NCBI GenBank assembly: GCA_041664245.1 | Contig: JBAYLC010000002.1 | Span: 75,593-139,592 of the forward strand | Length of the DNA: 64,000 bases | From: Minisyncoccota bacterium | GTDB taxonomy: Bacteria; Patescibacteriota; Minisyncoccia; UBA6257; 2-01-FULL-56-20 | Reading direction: 5' to 3' | Part shown: positions 1 to 9,777 of the stretch, piece after piece | How the letters are laid out: each line of letters opens with the position of its first letter | Numbering within the stretch: position 1 is the stretch's first letter | Made by a program: the position numbers and the translations under genes | Notes under the pieces: generated by a model | What the model saw: only the letters and a program-made list of their open reading frames with translations | The model's database searches: none | Told to the model about the DNA's origin: nothing

Positions 1-3000
1 GATGGGAAATTGACGCCAAAATGGAATCGAGGGCTTATGGCAGCGGAGGAACTAATGATGTAATGAAAAATGATGGGGGGGTTTCGCCAAATTTATATGA
101 GGCTGGAACTGATTTAACTTTGTCGCCGCTTAAAGACCGACCGAACCTGGGCGGATCAACTGATGTGACGGCGCCGGCGGCAGTTACTAATTTGGCAGCC
201 CTAAATCCTACGCCTAATTCGATTGATTTGAGTTGGACGGCGCCCGGTGATGATGGAAATAATGGAACGGCGGCAAGTTATGATATTCGTTACTCAACTT
301 CGCCGATTACTGATTCTAATTGGGATTTGGCAACACGGATTACGGGGACGCCTTCGCCTCAGATAGCCGGTACTAGCCAGTCAAAAACTGTCTCGGGTTT
401 TGCCGAAAGTACGCAATATTATTTTGCGATGAAAGCCTCGGACGAAGTTCCGAATATTTCATCTCTTTCTAACTTAGTGACTATTTCGACGACGGCATCG
501 ATTCAGGAAATTACCGTGAAAATTCCGGAGACGTGCAAAGATGGCGACTACGGAGGGGGAATGAGTATAGAGTATTACAACAAGTGGACGATTCCTGGTT
601 CTGGAAAAGCGAGAATCACTAAGGTTTGGTTTTGGCAACAGGATTCATCTTTTGCTTCGACGGAGGCAATTGAGATGGCTATTTATAGTGGAGTTTCGGC
701 GCCCTATAATAAGATTTCGGAAGCAGTGACAATTTATGGAACCGGCGCGGCCGGCTGGGTGTATGGGAACTTATCAACGCCAATTCTAGTTGATTTAGGG
801 CAGACTTATATTTTTGGAATTGGGCCAAAAATTACCGGAAATAATTTTAGGATTCCGGTTGATGTCGGAGCAGATTGTGCTGGTTATTCACCGACCAGCG
901 GCAGTCGGGTTTTTGCTCAATCGCCGGCAGCTGGCGGGTTAAATGATCCGGTACCAGCAACAACTTTTTCTGACCACTACGGAATTTTAGGAGTTTCGTA
1001 TTATCCGGTTAATTTGGGCGACACAACGCCGCCGATTATTTCCGGGGTAGTGGCGGGAAATTTAACCGATAACACTGCCATGATTGTTTGGAATACTAAC
1101 GAACCGGCTAACGGAGAAGTAGATTACGGTTTGGATGCTGGGTATGGTTCGTCGACAATTGACGCATCTTTTCAAACAGCTCATTTTATAACCCTTTCTG
1201 GTCTGGCGCGGAATACAACTTATCACTATAAGGTTTTTTCAAAAGATCTAGCTTTGAATCCGACGGCTTCTGGGGATTTTACATTTACAACGACCAATCT
1301 GGGACCGGATGTAACGCCGCCAATTATTTCGACAATCTTTCCGGCGGCTAACGCTACTCTTGATGGGACGATAATAATTCAAGGAACAGCGACGGATGAC
1401 CGGAGCGTGGCTTCGGTTGAAGTTAAGGTGGATTCGGGAAATTACAGCGCGGCGGCGGGGACGCTGAATTGGACATTTTCGCTTGATACTAGAACTTTAA
1501 CTGATGGGGCGCACACAATTATTGCGCGGGCGACGGATACAACCGGAAACACAACGGTTTACTCTGTAAATGTTACGGTAAATAATACGATTATTGCAGT
1601 GACAAGTTGCCGCCCCTTAGATCAATCAAATGTTGTTTATGTTTTACAAAACAATGTTTCTTCTACTGGTACTTGTTTCGTGGTGGCAGCTAGCGGAATA
1701 ACTTTGGATTTAAACGGTAAGACGGTTACTTTTGGCACTGACTCAGGGCAGTATCGGTACGGAGTAGCAATACCGCCTGATTATATACCAGCCACTCTGA
1801 TTTATGACCTTACTGATATAAACGGCGCTTATTTTCGGGGTGCGGATAATATAATTATTAAAAACGGTTCAATTATCCAAGGAGGTAACGCAAGTACGAC
1901 GGAAAATATGGATTTAATAGCTGATGAGGGGGTTAATAATGTTGAGGTGGCAAGTATAACGGCAATGTATAGCGGTATCGATTCCCAGGGATTTATTCTT
2001 GGCAATGGCAGAAACTATAACATTCACGATAATGTTATTCATGCCAACCTCAGCCAAATCACTAACCGCCAACACGCCAAATCAGCGATTGGTTTAGCGA
2101 CAACAGGTGGTACTCTTTATGTCCGAAATAACACTGTCTACGGCGAGGGTCAGTTTGGAATTGCAGTTAGCACAAAGAGAGCTTTTCCGATGACGGCGGC
2201 AGAGGTTTCTGGCAACACAATGAGAATTAACGGCCTTACCACTAATCCTTATCAATTGGTGGTCCGCGGTTTTAGCCAAAAATACCAAGGAGTTTCACTT
2301 AAGGTATTTAATAATCGAATCGATACCCCTGGAAATGTTAGTAATCGCGGCGCTATCTTCGATGGGATTGATGCGGCTGGAGATGGTACCGACGGCATGA
2401 AGTTTTATAACAACTACATCGACACCAAAGAGCACGGCAATCCAGAATACGGCGATGCCGGTTGGACTCACGGCTTCCGAATGAGGGATCCCGACTATAT
2501 GATTCCCGAAACCAAATTCTTCAACAACGAGTTCTATAATAACACTTTCAAAACGGTCGCCTTTTATAATAGTGATACCGATAATGGAGATGCTATTAGT
2601 ATCAGAATCACTCTTCGTAACGGATTGCCAGTCGGAGAACAACCGAACGTATTCCACGACAATACAATAATTTCCCAAACTCTTGACTCGACCAAGGTGG
2701 CTACCGCTATCGGCCTCGAGGGTCACGCTTCAGAGGCCGGAACCATATTCCGCAACAACACCATTACGAGTGACACTAATCTTTTAAGAGTAACCTGGCA
2801 GGGTGGCAGCGGAGTGCTCTTTGACTCCAATACTTTCCAGAAGGGAGCCAGCGCCACTAATTTTCATCCAGTAAGCTATGGTAACGCCGGAACTTCAACC
2901 GACACCATCTTCTTAGATAGCACCATCGGTTCCGGAGTTGATTTTACTACTGCTGAGCAAACTTGGATGGGTGATTGTTGTTCGCCTGACAATCAAAGAG

Positions 3001-3320
3001 GGGACAGAGCTTATTATGTGAAGTGGACTTTAAACTTGACGGTAAATGATGGCGGTGGAACGCCGATTGCCGGCGCATCGGTAACGATAAAAGATAAAAA
3101 TAATTCGATAGTATTTACCGGGACAACAGATTCATTTGGTAATGTTTCCACGTCACTTTCGGAATATTATTGGCGGCAAGCGCCAACATACCCTATTCCA
3201 CCGCCGACTGTGACCACTTATAATCCTTACACAATTACAGTAACGGCTACTGGACATACTGACCAAACGCAATCAGTCACGATGAATACAAAGAAATCAT
3301 TAACAATAGTGATGCCCTAG
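1..3320 (+). CDS. 5'-truncated giant pilin-like surface protein with fibronectin-III-like and parallel beta-helix repeats. The ORF is open to the window start.
   Basis: The frame is open upstream of the Met at 21; codons 3-20 read WEIDAK in frame. The segment MESRAYGSGGTNDV...LSWTAPGDD...SYDIRYSTS is paralogous to the middle of the downstream pilin-like gene. The repeats (NNT/NNR-I, IHDNVIHAN, VRNNTVYG) are typical of a right-handed beta-helix. Confidence 0.6.
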   Translation, partial: WEIDAKMESRAYGSGGTNDVMKNDGGVSPNLYEAGTDLTLSPLKDRPNLGGSTDVTAPAAVTNLAALNPTPNSIDLSWTAPGDDGNNGTAASYDIRYSTSPITDSNWDLATRITGTPSPQIAGTSQSKTVSGFAESTQYYFAMKASDEVPNISSLSNLVTISTTASIQEITVKIPETCKDGDYGGGMSIEYYNKWTIPGSGKARITKVWFWQQDSSFASTEAIEMAIYSGVSAPYNKISEAVTIYGTGAAGWVYGNLSTPILVDLGQTYIFGIGPKITGNNFRIPVDVGADCAGYSPTSGSRVFAQSPAAGGLNDPVPATTFSDHYGILGVSYYPVNLGDTTPPIISGVVAGNLTDNTAMIVWNTNEPANGEVDYGLDAGYGSSTIDASFQTAHFITLSGLARNTTYHYKVFSKDLALNPTASGDFTFTTTNLGPDVTPPIISTIFPAANATLDGTIIIQGTATDDRSVASVEVKVDSGNYSAAAGTLNWTFSLDTRTLTDGAHTIIARATDTTGNTTVYSVNVTVNNTIIAVTSCRPLDQSNVVYVLQNNVSSTGTCFVVAASGITLDLNGKTVTFGTDSGQYRYGVAIPPDYIPATLIYDLTDINGAYFRGADNIIIKNGSIIQGGNASTTENMDLIADEGVNNVEVASITAMYSGIDSQGFILGNGRNYNIHDNVIHANLSQITNRQHAKSAIGLATTGGTLYVRNNTVYGEGQFGIAVSTKRAFPMTAAEVSGNTMRINGLTTNPYQLVVRGFSQKYQGVSLKVFNNRIDTPGNVSNRGAIFDGIDAAGDGTDGMKFYNNYIDTKEHGNPEYGDAGWTHGFRMRDPDYMIPETKFFNNEFYNNTFKTVAFYNSDTDNGDAISIRITLRNGLPVGEQPNVFHDNTIISQTLDSTKVATAIGLEGHASEAGTIFRNNTITSDTNLLRVTWQGGSGVLFDSNTFQKGASATNFHPVSYGNAGTSTDTIFLDSTIGSGVDFTTAEQTWMGDCCSPDNQRGDRAYYVKWTLNLTVNDGGGTPIAGASVTIKDKNNSIVFTGTTDSFGNVSTSLSEYYWRQAPTYPIPPPTVTTYNPYTITVTATGHTDQTQSVTMNTKKSLTIVMP

Positions 3321-3375
3321 TGGAATAACTTAGTTTTGTTATAATTAGTAAGGTTGTTTCTCGAGAAGTTTATTA

Positions 3376-4881
3376 ATGAATTTCTTTTTTTGTAGAAAAG
3401 GTTCTGATAGGGGGTTCACTTTAATTGAACTCCTGATTGTGATTGCGATAGTGGCGATTTTGGCGACTATTACTTTGTTAGTTTTGAATCCGTCGGAAAT
3501 GCTTAGAAAAGCAAGAGATAGTAAACGGATTTCTGATTTAAAAACAATAAATGACGCGATCGGATTATCGGTGGCTCAAATCCCGCCGCTTTTTATCGGA
3601 ACATCAACTTTTGTTTATGTATCTTTGCCCGACAGCGATCCAAATTGCGCCACTTATAATTTACCTTCTTTAGGCGGGACTGGAAAGACTTATTCTTGCC
3701 GGCCAGAGAGCAGCTATAGAAAGACCGATGGAACTGGCTGGGTGCCGGTGAATTTTGATAGTTTGCCTTCAAAAGTGCTTTCGGTTTTACCAGTTGATCC
3801 AGTAAATAGTAATAATGCGAGCAGCGGACTTTATTACACCTATGTGGCAGGTTCTTGGGAGTTGGACGCTAAGATGGAATCGGCGAAGTACGGATCGGGT
3901 GGGACCAACGATGTGAGCGCGAATGATGGCGGGGATGGCATTTCTCTTTTTGAGATTGGGAGTAGATTGACTTTGGTTCCGATCGTTATTAATGATAGGA
4001 CAGGAGCGTCTTCGACACCGGGGGATACAGCGCCGCCGGCGACAGTTGCAGATCTTGGTCTCTCTGGAGCGTCGACTTCAACTATCAATTTATCTTGGAC
4101 GGCGCCCGGTGATGACGAGAGTAGCGGAACGGCGGCGAGTTATGATATTCGTTACTCAACTTCATTAATAAATGCTGGAAATTTTGGATCAGCTGCTCAG
4201 GTTAGTGCACCGCCAACGCCGCAAGTTGCTGGTTCTGCGCAGGGGAAAATGGTGACTGGTTTATCGCCAAACACAACTTATTATTTTGCGATTAAAACCT
4301 CTGATGAGGTACCAAATGTTTCAGGCATTTCTAATGTGCCGAATTTAAGCACTAAGGCGGAGACGACAGTTCAAGTTCCGCCGGGGTGCGCGGTCACAAC
4401 TAGTTCTGCTGGAGCGACATGGGAGGTTTATACTCCCTGGACAATTCCTGGTTCGGGAAGCGCTCAAGTCACGAAACTTTGGTACTACGATTATGACGGA
4501 TCGATTTCTGGGGTAGAGAGTATTGTAATGGGTATTTATAATGGTTCTGCGCCGGGAGCGGCGGTGATTGCTAATTCCAGTACTACTTTAGCCGGAAGCG
4601 GTTCAGCGGGATCGTGGATTTCAGGGAGTTTGGTAACACCGATTTCAATCACACTCGGTCAGACATATATTTTTGGGATAGTTCCAAAAACTAGTACGAG
4701 TACCTATAGTATGGGCGGGATGGCATCGCCGTATTGCTCCGCATTCCCACCTAATTTTCCGCCCAATCAGAATAATTATTATTCAGGCAATCCTTCTAAC
4801 TATATTCTCGACAGTACAGTTCCGGCCGCCCAAACGGTTTTTGGTCATTTCGGCATTGTTGGAATCACATATATTCAGTAG
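3376..4881 (+). CDS. Type IV pilin-like protein with a C-terminal Fn3-like extension
   Basis: The N-terminus GFTLIELLIVIAIVAILA is a class III (prepilin) signal with a G/F cleavage site and Glu at +5. The Fn3-like block LSWTAPGDDESSGTAASYDIRYS is paralogous to ORF 1..3320. Confidence 0.65.
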   Translation: MNFFFCRKGSDRGFTLIELLIVIAIVAILATITLLVLNPSEMLRKARDSKRISDLKTINDAIGLSVAQIPPLFIGTSTFVYVSLPDSDPNCATYNLPSLGGTGKTYSCRPESSYRKTDGTGWVPVNFDSLPSKVLSVLPVDPVNSNNASSGLYYTYVAGSWELDAKMESAKYGSGGTNDVSANDGGDGISLFEIGSRLTLVPIVINDRTGASSTPGDTAPPATVADLGLSGASTSTINLSWTAPGDDESSGTAASYDIRYSTSLINAGNFGSAAQVSAPPTPQVAGSAQGKMVTGLSPNTTYYFAIKTSDEVPNVSGISNVPNLSTKAETTVQVPPGCAVTTSSAGATWEVYTPWTIPGSGSAQVTKLWYYDYDGSISGVESIVMGIYNGSAPGAAVIANSSTTLAGSGSAGSWISGSLVTPISITLGQTYIFGIVPKTSTSTYSMGGMASPYCSAFPPNFPPNQNNYYSGNPSNYILDSTVPAAQTVFGHFGIVGITYIQ

Positions 4882-4953
4882 TCGCGCTTGATTTTGTTTT
4901 TGGTATCAGTTACATTTCTTAACGAAGTTTGATTTGAGTAGTTTTATTTTTTG

Positions 4954-5026
4954 GCCACCTTAGCTCAGCTGGTAGAGCAGTACTTTCGTAAAGTAAAGGT
5001 CCCCGGTTCAAATCCGGGAGGTGGCT
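4954..5026 (+). tRNA. tRNA-Thr (anticodon CGU)
   Basis: Manual cloverleaf: acceptor gccacct/aggtggc, D-stem gctc/gagc, anticodon loop ttCGTaa, T-arm cccgg-ttcaaat-ccggg, discriminator T. CCA is not encoded. Confidence 0.8.
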
Positions 5027-5027
5027 C

Positions 5028-5240
5028 ATGGTTGAGGTTAAGTTGGGGAAATATTTACATCACAAAGGAAAATATTATGAGGTGATTGGAACCGCAAAAC
5101 ATTCCGAGACGCTAGAGGAATTTGTTGTTTATCGAGCGCTTTATGGTAATTTTGATTTGTGGATTAGACCGAAAGCGATGTTCTTGGAGATGGTTCCGGG
5201 GAATGGTAAAATGATTCCGAGGTTCGAATTTGTTGAATAA
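5028..5240 (+). CDS. DUF1653-family small protein
   Basis: 70 aa with the motif KYLHHKGKYYEVIGTAKHSETLEEFVVYRALYG...LWIRPKAMFLE, characteristic of DUF1653. The start codon follows 1 nt after the tRNA. Confidence 0.5.
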   Translation: MVEVKLGKYLHHKGKYYEVIGTAKHSETLEEFVVYRALYGNFDLWIRPKAMFLEMVPGNGKMIPRFEFVE

Positions 5241-5246
5241 TAAAAA

Positions 5247-6321
5247 ATGAACGAGAAAGAATTAAAAGACGCTATTAAAGAATTGGAGGACGAAATGCCC
5301 CGCTTGGCGGGGCGGCTTTGACCTCAATAAAAAGAAAAATTTGGTTAAAGAAATCGAGGCGGCAATGGCGAACCCTGATTTTTGGGCAGACAAAAAAAGC
5401 GCGGATGAGAAGATTAAAATTTTAGGCGAACAAAATGATTTGATTAATCGGTATGAAGAAGTGGAAAAGGGAATCAACGATCTTCGGGAAATTTTGGAAA
5501 AAGGGGACGAGGATCTGATAAAAGATAAATTTTTTGAAGCCAAGAGAAAATTTAAACAGCTGGAACTGGAGCAACTTTTCGGCGGTCCTTACGACAAACG
5601 AGCAGCGGTTTTAAGTGTTTATCCGGGCGCGGGCGGGGAAGATGCCGAGGATTGGGCGAGAATGCTTTTCGAAATGTATGAGAAATACGCGGCGAAGCGT
5701 AAATGGCAGATCGCTGTTTTGGACGATAGTCCGAATCGGCGGACGATGGAAATTAAGGGTGACTATGCCTATGGTTATTTAAAAAATGAAGTGGGGGTGC
5801 ATCGGTTAGTGAGAATTTCCCCATTTTCAGCCAAGCAGCTTCGGCACACTTCTTTTGCTTTAGTTGAGGTTTTGCCGGATTTGCCAGAGATTGAGGAATC
5901 TAAGTTGCAGATTCCAGAGAGCGATTTGAAGTTTGAATTCTATCGTTCGTCTGGTCCTGGCGGGCAGAATGTCAATAAGGTAGAAACGGCGGTTAGAATC
6001 ACTCATTTGCCGACCGGAATTACGACAGCTTCGCAAGTGGAGCGAAGCCAAATTAGTAATCGGGAGAAAGCGTTGAAACTATTAAAGGCAAAATTATTAG
6101 ATTTAATGGAGAAAAACCAGATAAAAGAGCTTGGCGACCTAAGGACAAAAGTGAAACCGGAATGGGGAAATCAAATTCGCTCTTATGTTTTGAATCCTTA
6201 TAAATTAGTGAAGGATCATCGGACAGAAGTTGAGACATCACAAGTGGAAAAGGTTCTAGACGGGGAAATTGATGTATTTGTGGAGCGTGATATAATAGAG
6301 AAGCTAGCTACGAACGGCTAG
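5247..6321 (+). CDS. prfB: Peptide chain release factor 2 (RF2), expressed via +1 frameshift
   Basis: The +1 frame carries the SPF...GGQ motif (SGPGGQNVNKVETAVRITHLPTGI). The short frame-0 leader MNEKELKDAIKELEDEMPRLAGRL stops at UGA. This is the classical autoregulatory architecture. Confidence 0.85.
5306..5322 (+). promoter_or_regulatory. prfB: prfB programmed +1 ribosomal frameshift site (internal SD-like GGCGGGG followed by CTT TGA C)
   Basis: The frame-0 ORF starting ATG 5247 ends at TGA 5319-5321 in the context CTT TGA C. The RF2 body continues in the +1 frame from GAC 5320. Confidence 0.8.
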
Positions 6322-6369
6322 CTAGTCCGTAATTAATAGGGAATTGGAGATTGTTTTTTATTTTTATAA

Positions 6370-7053
6370 ATGATTACATTCCAAAACGTTTCTAAGATTT
6401 ACAATAGTCATTCTACTGCCTTAGAGGATGTTAGTTTCGAGATAAAACACGGTGAGTTTGTTTCTTTAGTGGGCCGATCGGGAGCAGGAAAATCGACAGT
6501 GATTCGGCTTTTAATTGGAGAAGAGAAGCCCTCGAAGGGGAGGATTTTTTTTGGCCAATATGAAGTTAGCAAATTAAAGGATAAGGAATTGCCGGCTTTT
6601 CGGCGGCACGCCGGGGTAGTTTTTCAGGATTTTAGACTATTAGCTACCAAGAACGCTTACGAAAATGTGGCTTTTGCCTTAGAGGTGGCGGGCCGGCCGC
6701 AAAAAGAAATCGATGAATTAGTGCCGCAGGTTTTAGATATGGTCGGACTTAGCGAAAAGTTAAATAATTTTCCCCACGAGCTTTCGGGAGGGGAAAAACA
6801 GCGGGTGGCGATTGCGAGGGCAATGGTTCACCGCCCGGAGGTAATTATTGCCGATGAGCCGACGGGAAATCTTGATCCGTTACACACGATGGAAATTGTC
6901 GGTTTGCTCCAGAAAATTAATCAGTTGGGAACGACTTTGGTTTTAGCCACTCATAATAAAGAGATTGTTAATGGTTTGGGCAAGCGGGTAATTACGCTTG
7001 ACCACGGTCGGTTGATTAGAGACGAAGAAAAGGGAAAATATATATTGGTTTAA
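6370..7053 (+). CDS. ftsE: Cell division ATP-binding protein FtsE
   Basis: ABC ATPase with Walker A GRSGAGKST and signature LSGGEKQR. FtsE-like N-terminus, followed by ftsX. Confidence 0.85.
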   Translation: MITFQNVSKIYNSHSTALEDVSFEIKHGEFVSLVGRSGAGKSTVIRLLIGEEKPSKGRIFFGQYEVSKLKDKELPAFRRHAGVVFQDFRLLATKNAYENVAFALEVAGRPQKEIDELVPQVLDMVGLSEKLNNFPHELSGGEKQRVAIARAMVHRPEVIIADEPTGNLDPLHTMEIVGLLQKINQLGTTLVLATHNKEIVNGLGKRVITLDHGRLIRDEEKGKYILV

Positions 7054-7057
7054 ACAA

Positions 7058-7963
7058 ATGTTTACAACAATTTCAAGAATTATAAATTTCGGCTTAAAGA
7101 ATTTTTGGCGAAACGGTTTGCTTTCTACGGCAACGGTGGCGGTTACCGGTATTGCGCTTTTGGTTACCTTAGGACTTATAATGTTTAATTTTGTAACCGG
7201 TGAAGCAATTTCGTCCGTAAAAGATAAGATCGACATAAGTGTTTATTTCAAAACAACAACGGCGGAGGATAGTGTTTTAAGCATCCAAAAGGTGGTGGAG
7301 AGTTTGCCGGAAGTAAAACAAGTGGAATATATAAATAAAGACGAGGCGTTAAAACGATTTAAAGAACAGCACAAAGATGATTCAATCTCTCAGGCGATAA
7401 GTTTGTTAAACGAAAATCCGCTGGAAGCTTCTTTGAATATAAAAGCGAAGAGTCCGGAACTTTACGGCGCGATTGCTCAGAGTTTACAGGCGGACGCGAT
7501 TAAGCAGTATGTTGATAAAATAAGCTACTCGGAGAATAAGGTAATAATTGATAAACTTACAAAAATTATTGACAACGTTAACCAAGGCGGATTAGTGCTG
7601 GTTATTTTCTTGGCGATTGTGTCTGGACTTATAGTCTTCAACACGATCCGGTTGGCAATTTATTCGAATCGCGACGAGATTGGAATAATGCGGGCAGTGG
7701 GAGCTTCTAACATGCTGGTTCGCGGGCCGTTTCTTATTGATGGAATTCTGAACGGAACAATCGCAGCGATTTTAAGTTTGATTTTGGCAATTCCGATTAT
7801 CCACTTTGTCGCGCCGTATCTGAAGGGTTTCATACCTGGGCTTGATATCACTAGTTATTTTTATGGGGGACTTTTTAGATTATTCCTATTACAGCTCCTT
7901 TTTGGAATTGGAATCAGTATTGTCTCCAGCTTCTTAGCGGTTCGAAGATATCTAAAAAATTAG
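7058..7963 (+). CDS. ftsX: Cell division permease FtsX
   Basis: Four-TM FtsX-like topology with a large extracytoplasmic loop, immediately downstream of ftsE. Confidence 0.8.
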   Translation: MFTTISRIINFGLKNFWRNGLLSTATVAVTGIALLVTLGLIMFNFVTGEAISSVKDKIDISVYFKTTTAEDSVLSIQKVVESLPEVKQVEYINKDEALKRFKEQHKDDSISQAISLLNENPLEASLNIKAKSPELYGAIAQSLQADAIKQYVDKISYSENKVIIDKLTKIIDNVNQGGLVLVIFLAIVSGLIVFNTIRLAIYSNRDEIGIMRAVGASNMLVRGPFLIDGILNGTIAAILSLILAIPIIHFVAPYLKGFIPGLDITSYFYGGLFRLFLLQLLFGIGISIVSSFLAVRRYLKN

Positions 7964-7966
7964 TTT

Positions 7967-8368
7967 TTAGATTAAGTTTTGAGTGATTAATTCCTTGATG
8001 TAGGAATCTAATCTGGTTAGGTTCTTTATTTCTTCTTTAGAAAACCACTTAAACGCGTCGTGTTCTTCGCTTGTTTTTGGTTTGCCTTCGATTGAACCGA
8101 GGTAAGTCAGGCGGACGATGTGTTTCTCGGAAGAGCGGAAAATGTCTTGAGCGGCGATGAGTTTTGGGATTTCGGTTAAATCCAAACTGGTTTCTTCTTT
8201 AATTTCGCGTTTTAGGTTTTCTAAGAGGGGAGTGCCAATATCAATTCGGCCGCCGGGAATATCCCACATTCCGCCCGCGCCCGGATATTTTATTTCTGAG
8301 CGGCGGAGTAAAAGAAAAAGGCCGCTTTGATTTTTTAAGATGGCTTTAACGCCGACTTGGAGTTCCAT
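7967..8368 (-). CDS. NUDIX hydrolase
   Basis: Nudix box GGRIDIGTPLLENLKREIKEETSL (GX5EX7REUXEEXGU). Confidence 0.75.
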   Translation of the reverse strand: MELQVGVKAILKNQSGLFLLLRRSEIKYPGAGGMWDIPGGRIDIGTPLLENLKREIKEETSLDLTEIPKLIAAQDIFRSSEKHIVRLTYLGSIEGKPKTSEEHDAFKWFSKEEIKNLTRLDSYIKELITQNLI

Positions 8369-9325
8369 CTATTTTTTTATTTCGTTAAGTATTTTTTTTA
8401 CCTGACTAATGCTCTCTTCGTCGTGGATGGAAATGGGGGTGGTGGAAATTTTACTTTTCTTTAAAGCGGCTATTTTATTTTTCAATTCACTGGGGTCTAA
8501 GAGATCGGATTTAGATAGGAAAATATGCTCGGTTTTTTTAAGCAAGGCGGGACTGTATTTTTTTAATTCAGCGCGGACGGTTTTGTAGTCGCTTACCGGA
8601 CTTTCGGATTCGGAAGAGAGAAAATGGAAAATGATTTTGGTTCGCTCAATATGGCGGAGGAATTTAATGCCAAGGCCTTTGCCGGTTGAGGCGCCTTCAA
8701 TTAAGCCAGGAATGTCGGCTAGAATTAGCTCGTAATACACACCGAGATTAGGTTCGAGAGTGGTGAAGGGGTAATTGGCAACTTTACTCGAGGCGTTGGT
8801 GAGTTCATTTAATAAGCTGGATTTACCGACATTAGGAAGGCCGATAAAACCAACATCGGCGATAAGTTTTAATTCGAGGCGAAGGGAAAAATTTTCACCG
8901 GGGAGGCCGAATTGAAATTGTTTCGGGGTGGTATTGGTTGAAGATCGATAAGAGAAATTACCCTTGCCGCCATGGCCGCCTTTAGCGGCGCAAATCATTC
9001 CGCCAACTTTGGTGATTTCTTCATCGGTTTGGCTATCAAGATTGTGAATAATCGTGCCAACGGGGACTTTCAATATTAAATCTTTGCCGGCGGCGCCGTC
9101 TCGAAACTGGCTGCGCCCATCTTCGCCATTTTCGGCTTTGTGCTCTTTTTTAAATCGGAATTGATTTAAAGTGCTTAAATCGGAGACACCTTCAAAAAAG
9201 ATACTGCCGCCGTTGCCGCCCCGAGTGCCGGTGGGCCCTAAGCTCATAAGGTTTTTATTGAAAGCCACAGCGCCACGGCCGCCGTTGCCCGCTAAGATTT
9301 TAATTTTTACGTCGTCGATTAACAT
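8369..9325 (-). CDS. obg: GTPase Obg/CgtA
   Basis: N-terminal Obg fold with Gly-rich repeats (GGRGAVAF, GGNGGS). G-domain motifs GLPNVGKSS, DIPGLIEGA. Its stop abuts the start of the Nudix gene. Confidence 0.85.
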   Translation of the reverse strand: MLIDDVKIKILAGNGGRGAVAFNKNLMSLGPTGTRGGNGGSIFFEGVSDLSTLNQFRFKKEHKAENGEDGRSQFRDGAAGKDLILKVPVGTIIHNLDSQTDEEITKVGGMICAAKGGHGGKGNFSYRSSTNTTPKQFQFGLPGENFSLRLELKLIADVGFIGLPNVGKSSLLNELTNASSKVANYPFTTLEPNLGVYYELILADIPGLIEGASTGKGLGIKFLRHIERTKIIFHFLSSESESPVSDYKTVRAELKKYSPALLKKTEHIFLSKSDLLDPSELKNKIAALKKSKISTTPISIHDEESISQVKKILNEIKK

Positions 9326-9362
9326 GTTTAAGATTTATAATTTGAGAATAATGATTTATGAG

Positions 9363-9776
9363 TTAGTGGAATCCGCGGGCATAATCGCCGAAGAAGATCC
9401 CAAATGGTTTTGCCCAGATATCAATGTTTATAAATTCATTTTCTGTGATTTTTATTTTTAGATATTGATGAGGGGAAATGTACCATATTAAAGTCCATTT
9501 TCGTTGAATGTCGTTTTGGCTGAACCAACCACTTTGAGTGAGTAGAAATTCTAGAAGGTTATTGATTTTTGTGCAATGAAGAAATCCTTTTTGGCGCCAA
9601 AGTTTTTCCATATTTTTTAAGAACAATCGCCAAAAGAGAAATAGAGTTTTTATTCGTTCGCCGCGATATTTTCTACTTAGAATGTCGTAGGCCTGTTTTA
9701 AACATTTCTCTTTGCTGTGAGATTTTTTTAGTGTTTCGATTACAGCTTTTATTTCCGGAGATATTTTTTCAGACAT
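9363..9776 (-). CDS. Hypothetical protein
   Basis: 137-aa ORF with lineage-typical composition. No domain recognised. Confidence 0.3.
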   Translation of the reverse strand: MSEKISPEIKAVIETLKKSHSKEKCLKQAYDILSRKYRGERIKTLFLFWRLFLKNMEKLWRQKGFLHCTKINNLLEFLLTQSGWFSQNDIQRKWTLIWYISPHQYLKIKITENEFINIDIWAKPFGIFFGDYARGFH

Positions 9777-9777
9777 T

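Noticed and set aside
2094-2726. Antisense ORFs inside the giant surface-protein gene (2094..2288, 2295..2726). The same pattern recurs inside other long genes, for example 3840..4088, 13986..14195, 17852..18070 and 52216..52953.
   Set aside because: They lie entirely within, and antisense or out of frame to, long well-supported CDSs. They have no RBS and show biased composition typical of shadow ORFs.
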